A stretch of 64,000 nucleotides of DNA. Origin: Terriglobia bacterium (GTDB lineage: Bacteria; Acidobacteriota; Terriglobia; 2-12-FULL-54-10). The notes under the pieces were generated by a model. It worked only from the letters and a program-made list of their open reading frames with translations. It searched no databases and was not told the DNA's origin. The stretch covers positions 1,184,001 through 1,248,000 of the forward strand of contig CAXVYR010000003.1 of the NCBI GenBank assembly GCA_963666975.2. Reading direction: 5' to 3'. This document shows, in pieces, positions 30,104 through 39,689 of the stretch (the first letter of the stretch is position 1; every line of letters begins with the position of its first letter). The position numbers and the translations under genes are program-made.

Positions 30104-30124
30104 AAGATGCGGGTAAAAGATGCG
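30099..30124. repeat. 13-bp tandem duplication at the amidohydrolase stop codon
   Basis: GGTAAAAGATGCG x2. Confidence 0.8.
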
Positions 30125-30178
30125 CCGAGTTTCCGCTTCCTTCGTTCAGAAATTTGGAAGCCTCGTCTCCGCAGACCC

Positions 30179-30288
30179 TGTAGTGGGTGTAGTGGCTTGT
30201 GAGGGGGTATGATAGGAAGGGCCAGAGGCGACTTGGCCTTGGGTCCTCCAGGGTATACCCTCCCTATATACTCGCTACAGTCACTACA
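30179..30288. repeat. inverted array of TGTAGTG heptamers with 9-bp period
   Basis: TGTAGTGggTGTAGTG ... CGCTACAgtCACTACA; inner arms GAGGGGGTAT / ATACCCTCCC. Confidence 0.65.
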
Positions 30289-30671
30289 AATACGTAACCA
30301 AGTGCAGGAAGTCCCCGCATCCCGGAGCTGCGCGGATGGCGAGTTTGGCCGTGCGATTTCAGCAGCAATCAGCCGAGGGAATGGATTGTGCGCTATTGAA
30401 TAGCAAGCTCGGCGGTTTTCTTGGAGGGTTGTTAGGTCTTTCTGGATAGTTTCTTCTTTCCGAGTCCAGCCAAACCTGCACCATCGGGGCCGGGGAGGTA
30501 TAATCTCTCTCGGCCCCCTTTTGTTCTTTTCAGGAACCTCCGCCACCCGCTGCCAGCGGTGGGATTGGTGACCAGCAGGGTGAAAAGTGCGGTCTCAACA
30601 GAACCAGCTGGCGTATAATTCTCTCGGGCCGACTCCGAAATGGAAATCCCGACTGAAACGATCCGGCTATT

Positions 30672-30751
30672 ATCTCAGGGTTCCGCTCCGCTCCACCCGC
30701 TGGTAATGGAGATCTCAGGGTTCCGCTCCGCTCCACCCGCTGGTAATGGAG
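30672..30751. repeat. perfect 40-bp tandem duplication
   Basis: ATCTCAGGGTTCCGCTCCGCTCCACCCGCTGGTAATGGAG x2, no spacer. Confidence 0.95.
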
Positions 30752-30848
30752 CAGGGACTAACAAGGAATGTGGTACAACAAATGGGGTAGGTCAGGAAGT
30801 TCTCCCACATGATCGCTGGAATCGGTTTGGAGAAACGGAGAATAAGGA

Positions 30849-31715
30849 ATGGACACGAGGATTGAGACGATTTTGGAAGAGTATCGATCTCGAAAAATCG
30901 ATCGCCGCGTCTTCTTTGCGCGGCTGATCGCTGTAGTGGGCAGTTATCCGGTGGCTTACCATTTACTTGAAAAAAATGGATTAGCTCTTTCGCTCCTTTC
31001 GCAGATCGAGTCTGAGAACGCTAATGTTGAATCTACATCCGTAACGTATCCCGGAGAAGGTGTAACGCTGCAAAGCTATCTAAGCCACCCCAAAGGGAGT
31101 GGGCCATTTCCTGCAGTTATTCTGATCCATCATGGTTTCGGGTTGGATGACCATAGCCGCGATGTAACGCGTCGGCTGGCCTCCGAGGGCTTTGCGACTT
31201 TAGGTGTTGATTTGCTATCGCGCAAGGGTGGAACGGCCTCCATGCCATCTCCTCAGGAGGCTCTCAAAATGATCGGTTCTCTTACTGACCAAGAGGTGGT
31301 TAGCGATTTAGGCGCTTCCTATGTCTATTTAAGCTCTCAGTCGATGGTAAGGAAGGATCGCATTGGCATAATGGGCTTCTGCTCCGGTGGGTCACAGGCT
31401 TTTCTGTATGCCACGGAAAATCCAGATTTGAAGGCGGCGGTCATCTTCTATGGTTCCGCACCCTCGGAAGCAGCGCTCACGAAGATTCAGTGCCCGGTGT
31501 TGGGAAACTACGGGGAATTGGATGAGCGAATCAGTTCTGGAGTTCCAGCCACTGCGGCTGCGATGCAGCGACTGGGAAAACGCTTTGACTACAAGATTTA
31601 CCCTAATGCCCCTCATGCCTTCTTCCACGATGTAAGACCTGAGCGATACAATGAAGCGGCTGCCAATGACGCCTGGAAGCGAACGATCCAATTCTTCAGG
31701 GAAAACTTGGGTTGA
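30849..31715 (+). CDS. dienelactone hydrolase family protein
   Basis: GFCSGG nucleophile, YGELD, APHAF (Cys-Asp-His triad); N-terminal DRRVF Tat-like segment. Confidence 0.9.
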   Translation: MDTRIETILEEYRSRKIDRRVFFARLIAVVGSYPVAYHLLEKNGLALSLLSQIESENANVESTSVTYPGEGVTLQSYLSHPKGSGPFPAVILIHHGFGLDDHSRDVTRRLASEGFATLGVDLLSRKGGTASMPSPQEALKMIGSLTDQEVVSDLGASYVYLSSQSMVRKDRIGIMGFCSGGSQAFLYATENPDLKAAVIFYGSAPSEAALTKIQCPVLGNYGELDERISSGVPATAAAMQRLGKRFDYKIYPNAPHAFFHDVRPERYNEAAANDAWKRTIQFFRENLG

Positions 31716-31812
31716 AAAAGTGTATATCGACTGAACGCGGTCCCGATTAAATCCGAAGGGATCGGGCACGGCAAGAAAGGCGAATATTGTTACCTGAAAC
31801 TTAGGAGGGACG

Positions 31813-33378
31813 ATGGGTATGGTTCAAAGGACGGCAGGGAGTTTTTTGGTTTGGTGTCTGTTTGCGTCAATAGCGACCGGAGCGGGCGGGGCTGAGTTAT
31901 CCGGGACAGTGAAAGACTCCACCGGCGCGCCTTTTAAGGGAGCGTTTATCCAAGCTCGCCATTCGGGAACCAAGATTACCGTAAATGCACTGTCCGACAA
32001 GCAAGGCAGCTATCGGATTAAGAACCTGGCACCGGGAGAGTATCAAATCAAGGCGGTAACGAAGGGCTACCAAGGCGAGCGAGCCAAGAAGCTGACGTTG
32101 AACGACGGCCAATCGTCATCCCTGGATTTCACGATGCAAGAGGGCCGTGTGCAATGGAGCGACCTGTCGATTTATCAGCATAAGAGCCTGTTGCCGGAAG
32201 GCGAAGGGAAAAGCACAGCAATTGGAACCTGCCTGGCTTGCCATGGGGTGAGCACCCGCTATGGACGGCGGAGTGAGCAAGGTTGGTACTCGGTCGTTGG
32301 GTACATGCGGAAAGCCTTCGGTTATTTCTTAGATGGGCGTATCTCGGATTCCCAGGCAGAGGATGCGGTGTCGTATCTCAATACTGTTTTCGGCGAAGAT
32401 TCCGAATTGCCGCGCTATCCCAATGTTCGCCCCCGGGAGTTTAATGATGAGGCGATGAAGATTGTCTACGTGGATTATGAATTGCCGACGCCGAAAACCT
32501 TTCCTTGGAGCGGGCAGCCGGATAAAGACGGAAATATCTGGATTGCGGAATACAACACCAATCAATTGGGAATGCTCGACCCGAAAACGGCTGAGTTCCA
32601 AGAGTTCCGCGTGCCGGAGCTGGGGCGTGCCGATATCCATAGCGTGACACCCGCGCCGGACGGCACCGTGTGGATTGCGGAAAGCAGCGGTGTCCAAAAG
32701 CTTGGCAAGTTCGATCCCCGCACCAAAAAGATTACGGAATACCAGAATCCTGCCACCGCGAGCACCAGGGGCACCATGGTGGGTAGAATACCTACGGTCC
32801 GGGTTGACTCGAAAGGAAATGTTTGGACTGCAGGAAATCCGATAAGTCGCTTTGATCCCAAGACAGAAGAATTCACAATCTTCCCGGAGGCTAGGGCCTA
32901 TGGGCTCGCCATTGACAAAGAAGACAACGCTTGGTTCACCGACCTCGGTGAGAGCATCCTCGGTAAAATCGATGGGAAAACGGGAAAGGTGACGAAGCGG
33001 GACCCGCCGACTCCGAAGGCTGCCACGAGACGGATAAAAATCGATGACCAGGGCATAATCTGGTTTGCCGAGTATAATGCAGGCAAGATCGGAAGATTCG
33101 ATCCACAGACGGAGACCTTCAAGGAATACCCCCTTCCAGGTCCGTCTCCAACTCCTTACGGGTTGGGGATCGATGGGAACAACCATATTTGGTATGCCTC
33201 CTACGAAACAGATGTGATTGGACGGTTGGACCCGCAGACCGGCGATGTTGTCGAATATCCCATGCCGTACGTAGATAACGCCATCAGGGAGTTGTTCCTG
33301 GATTCGGAAGGGCGGATGTGGTATGGCACGGCCGGCTTCAACAAAGTTGGCTACTTTACTGTCAGCGACGGGCGGTAA
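31813..33378 (+). CDS. secreted carboxypeptidase-regulatory-like + c-type heme + Vgb-like beta-propeller protein
   Basis: Signal peptide, SGTVKDSTGAP, CLACH, repeated D..G.IW.AE..GK.DP.T..F.EY blades. Confidence 0.82.
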   Translation: MGMVQRTAGSFLVWCLFASIATGAGGAELSGTVKDSTGAPFKGAFIQARHSGTKITVNALSDKQGSYRIKNLAPGEYQIKAVTKGYQGERAKKLTLNDGQSSSLDFTMQEGRVQWSDLSIYQHKSLLPEGEGKSTAIGTCLACHGVSTRYGRRSEQGWYSVVGYMRKAFGYFLDGRISDSQAEDAVSYLNTVFGEDSELPRYPNVRPREFNDEAMKIVYVDYELPTPKTFPWSGQPDKDGNIWIAEYNTNQLGMLDPKTAEFQEFRVPELGRADIHSVTPAPDGTVWIAESSGVQKLGKFDPRTKKITEYQNPATASTRGTMVGRIPTVRVDSKGNVWTAGNPISRFDPKTEEFTIFPEARAYGLAIDKEDNAWFTDLGESILGKIDGKTGKVTKRDPPTPKAATRRIKIDDQGIIWFAEYNAGKIGRFDPQTETFKEYPLPGPSPTPYGLGIDGNNHIWYASYETDVIGRLDPQTGDVVEYPMPYVDNAIRELFLDSEGRMWYGTAGFNKVGYFTVSDGR

Positions 33379-33413
33379 GAGCTTCTCACGGGCTGCTCAT
33401 CATAATAGGTTCT

Positions 33414-33500
33414 TGGTGCTGGAGGGGGGAGTCGAACCCCCACGCCCCGAAGGGCGCCAGATTTTGAGTCTGGTGCGTCTGCCAATTCCGCCACTCCAGC
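33414..33500 (-). tRNA. tRNA-Leu(CAA)
   Basis: GCTGGAG acceptor, GGAATTGGCAGAC D-loop, CCAGA-CTCAAAA-TCTGG anticodon arm, long variable arm, GGTTCGACTCC, encoded CCA; 87 nt. Confidence 0.98.
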
Positions 33501-33532
33501 CAGCGTCGTCTTGGGCAGCAAAGCGATGGCGC

Positions 33533-33561
33533 ATTGTAGCAAAGTGCCGGAACAGGAACAA
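33533..33561 (-). promoter_or_regulatory. promoter of the tRNA-Leu gene
   Basis: TTGTTC-17 nt-TACAAT with extended TG. Confidence 0.55.
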
Positions 33562-33643
33562 TGCCAGGGTTGATGTCCACAAGAGAAAAAAACACGGAGA
33601 ACCAACAATCGAGTCTGGAAAAGGCGTGCTAGGAGATCGCGGA

Positions 33644-33868
33644 TCACCCCTTTCTTGCCTTATTGAGCAGTTGCTGAGCCTCGGACCGAGGCGGGTCATC
33701 GGGCGTCAAAGGCAAACTTAAATATTGCTCCAGGAGCTTGCGGGCCACATCCCAATTGCGGTTAGCGCGAACATACGTTTTTGCCCTCTCGAATTTGATT
33801 TTGGGACTGCCGGGGGCGAGATGTTCTGCCTGTTCGAAAGCCTCCTCGCTCTCCTCGTGCCTGCCCCA
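33644..33868 (-). pseudogene. C-terminal remnant of a TPR protein
   Basis: GRHEESEEAFEQAEHLAPGSPKIKFERAKTYV...ARKLLEQYL..PLTPDDPPRSEAQQLL; upstream part is not TPR-like. Confidence 0.55.
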
Positions 33869-34218
33869 ATTTACATCCCGGCATGTTACACACTCAAGCC
33901 CGTCTTCCGTCCCCTTGCAGCACAGCCCGGAAAGAGGGGGACATATCCGTTCTGCCCTAGCCAGCGGAAGCATACAGAAGCCAGGCACCCACCTGCCTGG
34001 TATCCACAGAATCTTTACTTTTTGGCCAAGGCGCATTAGGATGAGGGTGGGGATTTTCATTATACCGAATCCGAATTAGCCGGAGGACATTCCACACCGG
34101 AAACTGGGGTAAATCGGGAGCTTCCACAGGGACCGAAACGGACCCCCTGCCAAATCCCCGCGCTCCTAGGATACCCCCATAGTCTTTCACTACCCTTCGG
34201 GGGAGATCGGATATTTTT

Positions 34219-35520
34219 ATGGAAGCAACAACCACGGCAACCGCTTCGCTCAAAATTGGCGATAAGTCCGTTGAACTGCCGGTCATCACGGGAACGGAAA
34301 ACGAAAGCGCCATCGACATCTCTCAACTTCGCAAAGAAACTTCCCATGTCACCATCGACCACGGCTTCATGAACACGGGTTCCTGTACCAGCTCGATTAC
34401 CTTTCTCGACGGAGAAAAGGGCATCCTGCGGTATCGGGGGATCCCTATCGAACAGCTTGCCGAGAAACCCAATTTTATCGAGACGGCCTATTTATTGATT
34501 TACGGAAACCTTCCCACTCGGGATGAGATGGCAAAGTTCTCCACCCTGCTAAACCGCCACTCCATGATCCATGAGGACATGAAGCGGTTTTTTGACGGTT
34601 ACCCCAGCACAGCCCATCCCATGGCGATGCTCTCTGCCATGACCTGTTCTTTGTCCAGTTATTACCCGCAAGCGCTCGAGCCTCAAAACAAAGAGCAGAT
34701 GGACCTGATGATCGGACGGCTCCTGGCAAAAATGCCTACGATCGCGGCGTTTTCCTATAAGAAGTCTATAGGGCAACCCTTCATTTATCCCCTCAATTCC
34801 TTGAGCTACTGCGCCAACATTCACCAGATGATGTTCGCTGTGCCTGCCGAGGAATACCGTGCGGATGAGGATCTGGACCATGTGCTCAACCTCCTGCTGA
34901 TCCTGCACGCCGACCATGAGCAGAACTGCAGCACCTCCACGGTGCGGCTGGTTGGCAGCAGCCAGGCGAATCTGTTCGCCTCCATTTCGGCGGGCATCCT
35001 GGCGCTGTGGGGCCCCCTGCACGGCGGAGCGAACCAGGAAGTCATGAACATGCTGCAGACTATCCATGAGAACGGGGGAGACACCGACAAATACATCGCC
35101 ATGGCCAAGGACAAAAAATCTTCCTTCCGGCTCATGGGGTTTGGGCATCGGGTTTACAAAAACTTCGACCCGCGGGCGAAGATCATCAAGCGGGCCTGCG
35201 ACAAAGTGCTCAACAAGATGGGAATTCACGACCCCCTGCTGGACATCGCTAAGAAACTGGAAGAGCACGCTTTGAAGGATGAATTTTTCATCGAGCGCAA
35301 GCTCTACCCCAATGTCGATTTCTACAGCGGCATCATCTACAAAGCGCTCGGAATTCCCGTTAACATGTTTACGGTGATGTTCGCCTTGGGAAGGCTGCCT
35401 GGATGGATTGCTCACTGGAAGGAGATGCTGGAGTCGCCCAATACCAAGATCGGCCGGCCCCGCCAAATCTATACAGGGAAGACCGTCCATGACTACACGC
35501 CTATTGATAAACGCGGCTAA
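34219..35520 (+). CDS. gltA: citrate synthase (type II)
   Basis: GILRYRG, HADHEQNCST, GPLHGGANQ, RLMGFGHRVYK, YPNVDFYSG, IGRPRQIY. Confidence 0.97.
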   Translation: MEATTTATASLKIGDKSVELPVITGTENESAIDISQLRKETSHVTIDHGFMNTGSCTSSITFLDGEKGILRYRGIPIEQLAEKPNFIETAYLLIYGNLPTRDEMAKFSTLLNRHSMIHEDMKRFFDGYPSTAHPMAMLSAMTCSLSSYYPQALEPQNKEQMDLMIGRLLAKMPTIAAFSYKKSIGQPFIYPLNSLSYCANIHQMMFAVPAEEYRADEDLDHVLNLLLILHADHEQNCSTSTVRLVGSSQANLFASISAGILALWGPLHGGANQEVMNMLQTIHENGGDTDKYIAMAKDKKSSFRLMGFGHRVYKNFDPRAKIIKRACDKVLNKMGIHDPLLDIAKKLEEHALKDEFFIERKLYPNVDFYSGIIYKALGIPVNMFTVMFALGRLPGWIAHWKEMLESPNTKIGRPRQIYTGKTVHDYTPIDKRG

Positions 35521-35752
35521 AGCCAATTCGGGGCCTCTGCCTTCGGTTGCGGACCATCATGAGGCCCCCCCACCTGTCCCACGGCACTGCGGCACTTGCT
35601 CATGTCTTTTACGGGTGTAAGTGCGTATCTGGTCATGGAAAACCTCCCCAGCTTCTCTCCCTTGCCACTGCCTCGTTAGGAATCGCCAGAAAACCAAGCC
35701 ATTGCGACGCCCGTGATACCATAAACACATACTGTGTGTGCCAGGATGCTCT

Positions 35753-38335
35753 ATGGCTCTTCCCTTATCTTTTTTCTGGAGTTTTATCGTCCGTCCCCTG
35801 TGGGGAACGGGACGGGCGGGGGACCGTCTGCGCACAACGCTCAGCATCCTGGCCGTGGCTTTGGGCGTGGGCGTCATTGTTGCCATCCAGCTTGCCAACC
35901 GCAGCTCTATCGACTCCTTTGAATCTTCGCTAACGGAGATTTCCGGACGGACCAACCTTTCCATCCTGGCCCCGAACGGAATTGATGAACAGCTTCTGCC
36001 GCAAGTGGCGGAGATGCTGGGAACGGAAACGAGGATTTCTCCGGTGATGGAATCCACTGCGGTGGTGGCTTCCACGCAGGAAGTTCTGCGGGTTTTGGGA
36101 ATTGACATCGTGCAAGACAGCCTCTTTCGCGACATCTCTCTTGCAGGAGCAAGCATCTCGCAGCGAGCTTTCCTATCGCTGCTCTCCGATCCTCACTCGC
36201 TGGTAGTAGGCCAAGATTTTGCACGGCGCTACGGGTTGAGTGCAGGCTCGACGATTCGCTTGCTGCTGAACGACCGTGCGGACTCCTATACGGTGCGCGG
36301 GATTCTCGCGCCCGAAGGCCCCGGCAAGACGCTCGCGGGCAGCATCGCGGTCATGGACATCGCTGCAGCTCAGCTTGCTTTCGGGCGCCTCGGCAAACTG
36401 GACCGCCTGGATTTAATTGTCCCGCCGGAACAACTGGCTGCCTACCAGAACAAACTCGCCGCCGAATTACCATCCGGTTGGAGAGTCGAAAGGCCGGAAG
36501 CCCGCGCAGAACAAGCCGGCAAGATGTTGCGCGCGTTCCGCTGGAATCTGACAGCCCTCAGCTACATTTCCCTTGTCGTCGGAGCATTCCTCATCTACAA
36601 CACGATTGCCATATCGGTCATTCGCCGCCGCGCAGAAATCGGCACCCTGCGGTCGCTCGGAGCCACGCGAGGCGAGGTGCTCCGCCTTTTCCTGGGCGAG
36701 GCGTTATTGCTGGGTTTTGCGGGAGGATTGGCGGGCATTGGACTGGGAAGAGCCCTTTCCGGGCTGGCTCTCCGAGCGGTTTCGGGAACCGTCAATACTT
36801 TGTACCTGGCGGCTCCTCCCTCCCCGATCCATTTAACCCCGGGGCTGGTGGCTGGAGCCCTGGCGATCGGGCTGCTGACGGCTTTTTTCTCCGCGCTGCT
36901 GCCCGCCATGGAAACCACAGGCATCCTGCCCGCTGAAGCCCTGCAACAGGGCGCCCATGAACAACATCGCCGACTTGCATTGCGGCGCTACGCCGTGATG
37001 GGAATAATAACTCTTGGTTGTGCTTTCCTCGCCGCACTGCTGCCGTCTGTGGGCGGTTTGCCGCTGTTCGGATACCTCGCAACGCTGCTCGTCATTGTAG
37101 CCTTTTCTTTTTTCATGCCGTTGTTGCTCGCGATCTTCACACGCGCAGTAGACCGGCCCGTACGCGCATTAGCCGGCGTGGAAGGCCAGTTGGCGGGGCG
37201 CGGGCTGGCCGCCTCGCCGATTCGGATCTCGATTCTTGCCATGTCCCTGGCCACTGCCGTTGCGATGATGTCCAGTGTTGCAATCCTGGTGGGCAGCTTT
37301 CGGCAAACGGTGACCGTTTGGGCCGACCAGACGTTGCGGGCCGATCTTTTCCTGAAACCTGCCGCGCAGCGCGGCAACAGCACCGACGCCACCATCCCAG
37401 CCGAGGCAATCGCCATGGTTCGCTCCAGCCCTGGCGTCGAAGCGGTGGACGCGTTCCGGGGCGTCGAAATCGTCTATCAAGGCAACGCGGCCCTGCTCGG
37501 TTCCGGCCAGTGGGAGACCCTGGTCCGTCACGGGAATCTCCTGTTCGTGGACGGACGCTCTCCGCAAGAGGTGCTCTCCGGCGATCCCGCCCGGCTGGCC
37601 ATCGTCTCGGAACCCTTTGCCCACCACAACAGTATTCGGCAAGGACAGGAGATTGCAATCGACACTCCCTCCGGCAGGACTTCGTTTCAAGTAGCAGGAA
37701 TCTACTACGACTACGCCAACGACCGGGGAACTGTAATCATCGATCGTGAAATCTACCGCCGGTTGTTTCACGATGACACGGCCACCGCGCTGGCCATCTA
37801 CCTGGAGCCGGGCGCCGACAGTGAACAAGTACGCGCAGGTTTATGGAATACATTAGGAGAGCAAGGATACCAATTTCTTATCACGCCAAATGCCGTTTTG
37901 CAGCAAGCCGTGCTCCGCGTCTTTGACCGGACGTTTTCCATCACATATGCCCTGGAAGCAATCGCAATCCTAGTAGCGGCTCTGGGCATCGCCAACGCCC
38001 TGCTGGCCTTGACCCTGGAACGACGCCGGGAGCTGGGGATCCTCCGAATGCTGGGCGCTACCGCCAGGCAATTGAAGAAAATAATCCTCACCGAGGCCGC
38101 GCTGGTCGGCTTGCTCGGCAACTTGACTGGCTGGCTGATGGGCCTGCTTTTATCACTGATCTTGATCTTCACGATCAACAAACAATCGTTTGGATGGACC
38201 ATCCAGTTCGTTTACCCGGCGGGTTTTCTGGCCCTCTCCGGGGCGGCGATATGGCTGGTGACGATTGCTTCCGGACTTTATCCGGCTCGCGTGGCCGCCC
38301 GCCTGATCCCTTCCGAGGTGGTTACTATCGAATGA
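35753..38335 (+). CDS. FtsX/MacB-like double-domain ABC transporter permease
   Basis: VALGV..I..AN, RRAEIGTLRSLGAT, ERRRELGILRMLGA, INKQSFGWTI. Confidence 0.88.
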   Translation: MALPLSFFWSFIVRPLWGTGRAGDRLRTTLSILAVALGVGVIVAIQLANRSSIDSFESSLTEISGRTNLSILAPNGIDEQLLPQVAEMLGTETRISPVMESTAVVASTQEVLRVLGIDIVQDSLFRDISLAGASISQRAFLSLLSDPHSLVVGQDFARRYGLSAGSTIRLLLNDRADSYTVRGILAPEGPGKTLAGSIAVMDIAAAQLAFGRLGKLDRLDLIVPPEQLAAYQNKLAAELPSGWRVERPEARAEQAGKMLRAFRWNLTALSYISLVVGAFLIYNTIAISVIRRRAEIGTLRSLGATRGEVLRLFLGEALLLGFAGGLAGIGLGRALSGLALRAVSGTVNTLYLAAPPSPIHLTPGLVAGALAIGLLTAFFSALLPAMETTGILPAEALQQGAHEQHRRLALRRYAVMGIITLGCAFLAALLPSVGGLPLFGYLATLLVIVAFSFFMPLLLAIFTRAVDRPVRALAGVEGQLAGRGLAASPIRISILAMSLATAVAMMSSVAILVGSFRQTVTVWADQTLRADLFLKPAAQRGNSTDATIPAEAIAMVRSSPGVEAVDAFRGVEIVYQGNAALLGSGQWETLVRHGNLLFVDGRSPQEVLSGDPARLAIVSEPFAHHNSIRQGQEIAIDTPSGRTSFQVAGIYYDYANDRGTVIIDREIYRRLFHDDTATALAIYLEPGADSEQVRAGLWNTLGEQGYQFLITPNAVLQQAVLRVFDRTFSITYALEAIAILVAALGIANALLALTLERRRELGILRMLGATARQLKKIILTEAALVGLLGNLTGWLMGLLLSLILIFTINKQSFGWTIQFVYPAGFLALSGAAIWLVTIASGLYPARVAARLIPSEVVTIE

Positions 38336-39510
38336 TAATGATGCGGCGAATGAAACTCCTCCAATGGACTCTCCTGGCCCTTCTCGCGACGGCAGCCACT
38401 CTGGTGAATCCTTTTGTTGGTCGAAGTGCAACTCCGGAAGAAGAGAAGACTCGCAGCGAGCAGAGCAGCCGCCGCTACTGCCGTGCACTTCCCGGATATC
38501 GCTTTGAATTTCCGCGCGACCACTTTTCCCATCCCTGTTACAAGGTGGAGTGGTGGTACTTCACCGGCAATCTGGCCGCAGAAAGCGGCCATCGCTTCGG
38601 CTACGAGCTAACCTTCTTTCGCGTGGGAGTGGACAATCCTTATCCCAACCCTTCCCGCTGGCGCGTGGACGATCTTTATCTGGCCCACTTTGCCATCAGC
38701 GATCTCGGAAATAAAAAATTTTTCTATACCCAAAGGCTCAACAGAAAGGGAATCGGGCTGGCCGGGGCCAGGCAAAACCAGAGACGGATTTGGAACGGAA
38801 ATTGGGTCGCCGAATTCACAGGACAAGGCTGGAAGTTGGAAGCAGCGGAAGGAAAAAACCGGATCGGTTTCGAGCTGCGGTCATTGAAGGCGCCGGTCAT
38901 TCAGGGAAAAAACGGTGTCAGTCAGAAAGCAGACGGAGAGGGCAATGCCTCCCACTACTATTCTCTGACACGCCTGGAAACATCGGGCCAATTGGAAATC
39001 GGAGGCGCGTCATATCCCGTAACAGGTTTGTCTTGGATGGACCATGAATTCGCCACCAACCAATTGCAACCCGATCAAGCGGGATGGGATTGGGCGAGCA
39101 TGCAGATGGAGGACGGCACGGAGTGGATGATCTACCAGTTGCGCCGAAGGGGAGGTGCTCGCGATCCGCATTCGGCGGGAAGCTTTGTGGCCCGCGACGG
39201 CCGAACCGTGCAACTGGAGGACGGAGATTACCAGATGGTTCCGCTCGAATATTGGAAAAGCCCTCATACAGGCGGCGTCTACCCCATCCGATGGCGTGTA
39301 CTTGTTCCTCGGTTGGGCCTCGACGTAGAACTTAGCACAGAGCTGCCCGACCAAGAACTGGTGACGCGGGAAAGCACTGGTTTGAACTACTGGGAGGGAA
39401 GCATTCTGGTCCAAGGCACAAGGAACGGGAAGCCCGTCCAAGGACGAGGGTATCTCGAAATGACCGGCTACGCGGGCCCGTTGCAACCGGAGCTTTATCC
39501 TTCCGAGTAG
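38332..39510 (+). CDS. secreted AttH/CrtC-like lipocalin-domain protein
   Basis: FPRDHFSHP..VEWWYFTGNL, SHYYSLTR, SWMDHEF, GWDW, YWEG, GYLEMTGY; ATGA-coupled to the permease. Confidence 0.88.
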   Translation: MIMMRRMKLLQWTLLALLATAATLVNPFVGRSATPEEEKTRSEQSSRRYCRALPGYRFEFPRDHFSHPCYKVEWWYFTGNLAAESGHRFGYELTFFRVGVDNPYPNPSRWRVDDLYLAHFAISDLGNKKFFYTQRLNRKGIGLAGARQNQRRIWNGNWVAEFTGQGWKLEAAEGKNRIGFELRSLKAPVIQGKNGVSQKADGEGNASHYYSLTRLETSGQLEIGGASYPVTGLSWMDHEFATNQLQPDQAGWDWASMQMEDGTEWMIYQLRRRGGARDPHSAGSFVARDGRTVQLEDGDYQMVPLEYWKSPHTGGVYPIRWRVLVPRLGLDVELSTELPDQELVTRESTGLNYWEGSILVQGTRNGKPVQGRGYLEMTGYAGPLQPELYPSE

Positions 39511-39556
39511 AGCAGCTTTAGGGTTGGCGTGATGCGGATTGTTTGTGAATCCATCC

Positions 39557-39640
39557 GAGCCGCGATAGGAATGGAGCGGTCAACCCAGCTTGGGTTGCTC
39601 ACATGGCGTTCGAGGGTCCGCTTGCTTGCGCGCGCGGCTC
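39557..39640. repeat. REP-like imperfect inverted repeat between convergent genes
   Basis: GAGCCGCG-N9-GAGCGG ... CCGCTT-N9-CGCGGCTC with inner hairpin CAACCCA-gct-TGGGTTG. Confidence 0.6.
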
Positions 39641-39689
39641 TGATTGGCTTGTTCCAGTAAACCTTGATCTACCACTATCACGAGACGCT

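Larger units (their letters stand above)
22462..33473. mobile_element. relic genomic island integrated at tRNA-Leu(CAA); no integrase seen
   Basis: Bounded by the intact tRNA and a direct repeat of its 3' end; accessory cargo and gene remnants inside. Confidence 0.65.

Noticed and set aside
30095-30124. IS4 excision footprint (CAATGGTAAAAGAT is identical to the IS right junction at 7747-7760)
   Set aside because: CAATGGTAA is the conserved Gln-Trp-stop shared with the paralog, and the duplication is 13 bp rather than 9 bp; probably coincidence.
30672-30751. CRISPR array
   Set aside because: Two directly abutting copies, no spacer, and no cas genes in the window.
34549-35526. Long antisense ORFs (also 16506-17624, 19140-20192, 42875-43831 and the alternative-frame 6526-7755)
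   Set aside because: Shadow frames of GC-rich genes with clear functions; no motifs of their own.
35753-39510. Novel system from the permease plus AttH-like pair
   Set aside because: This pairing is well known; the ATPase subunit is probably encoded elsewhere.
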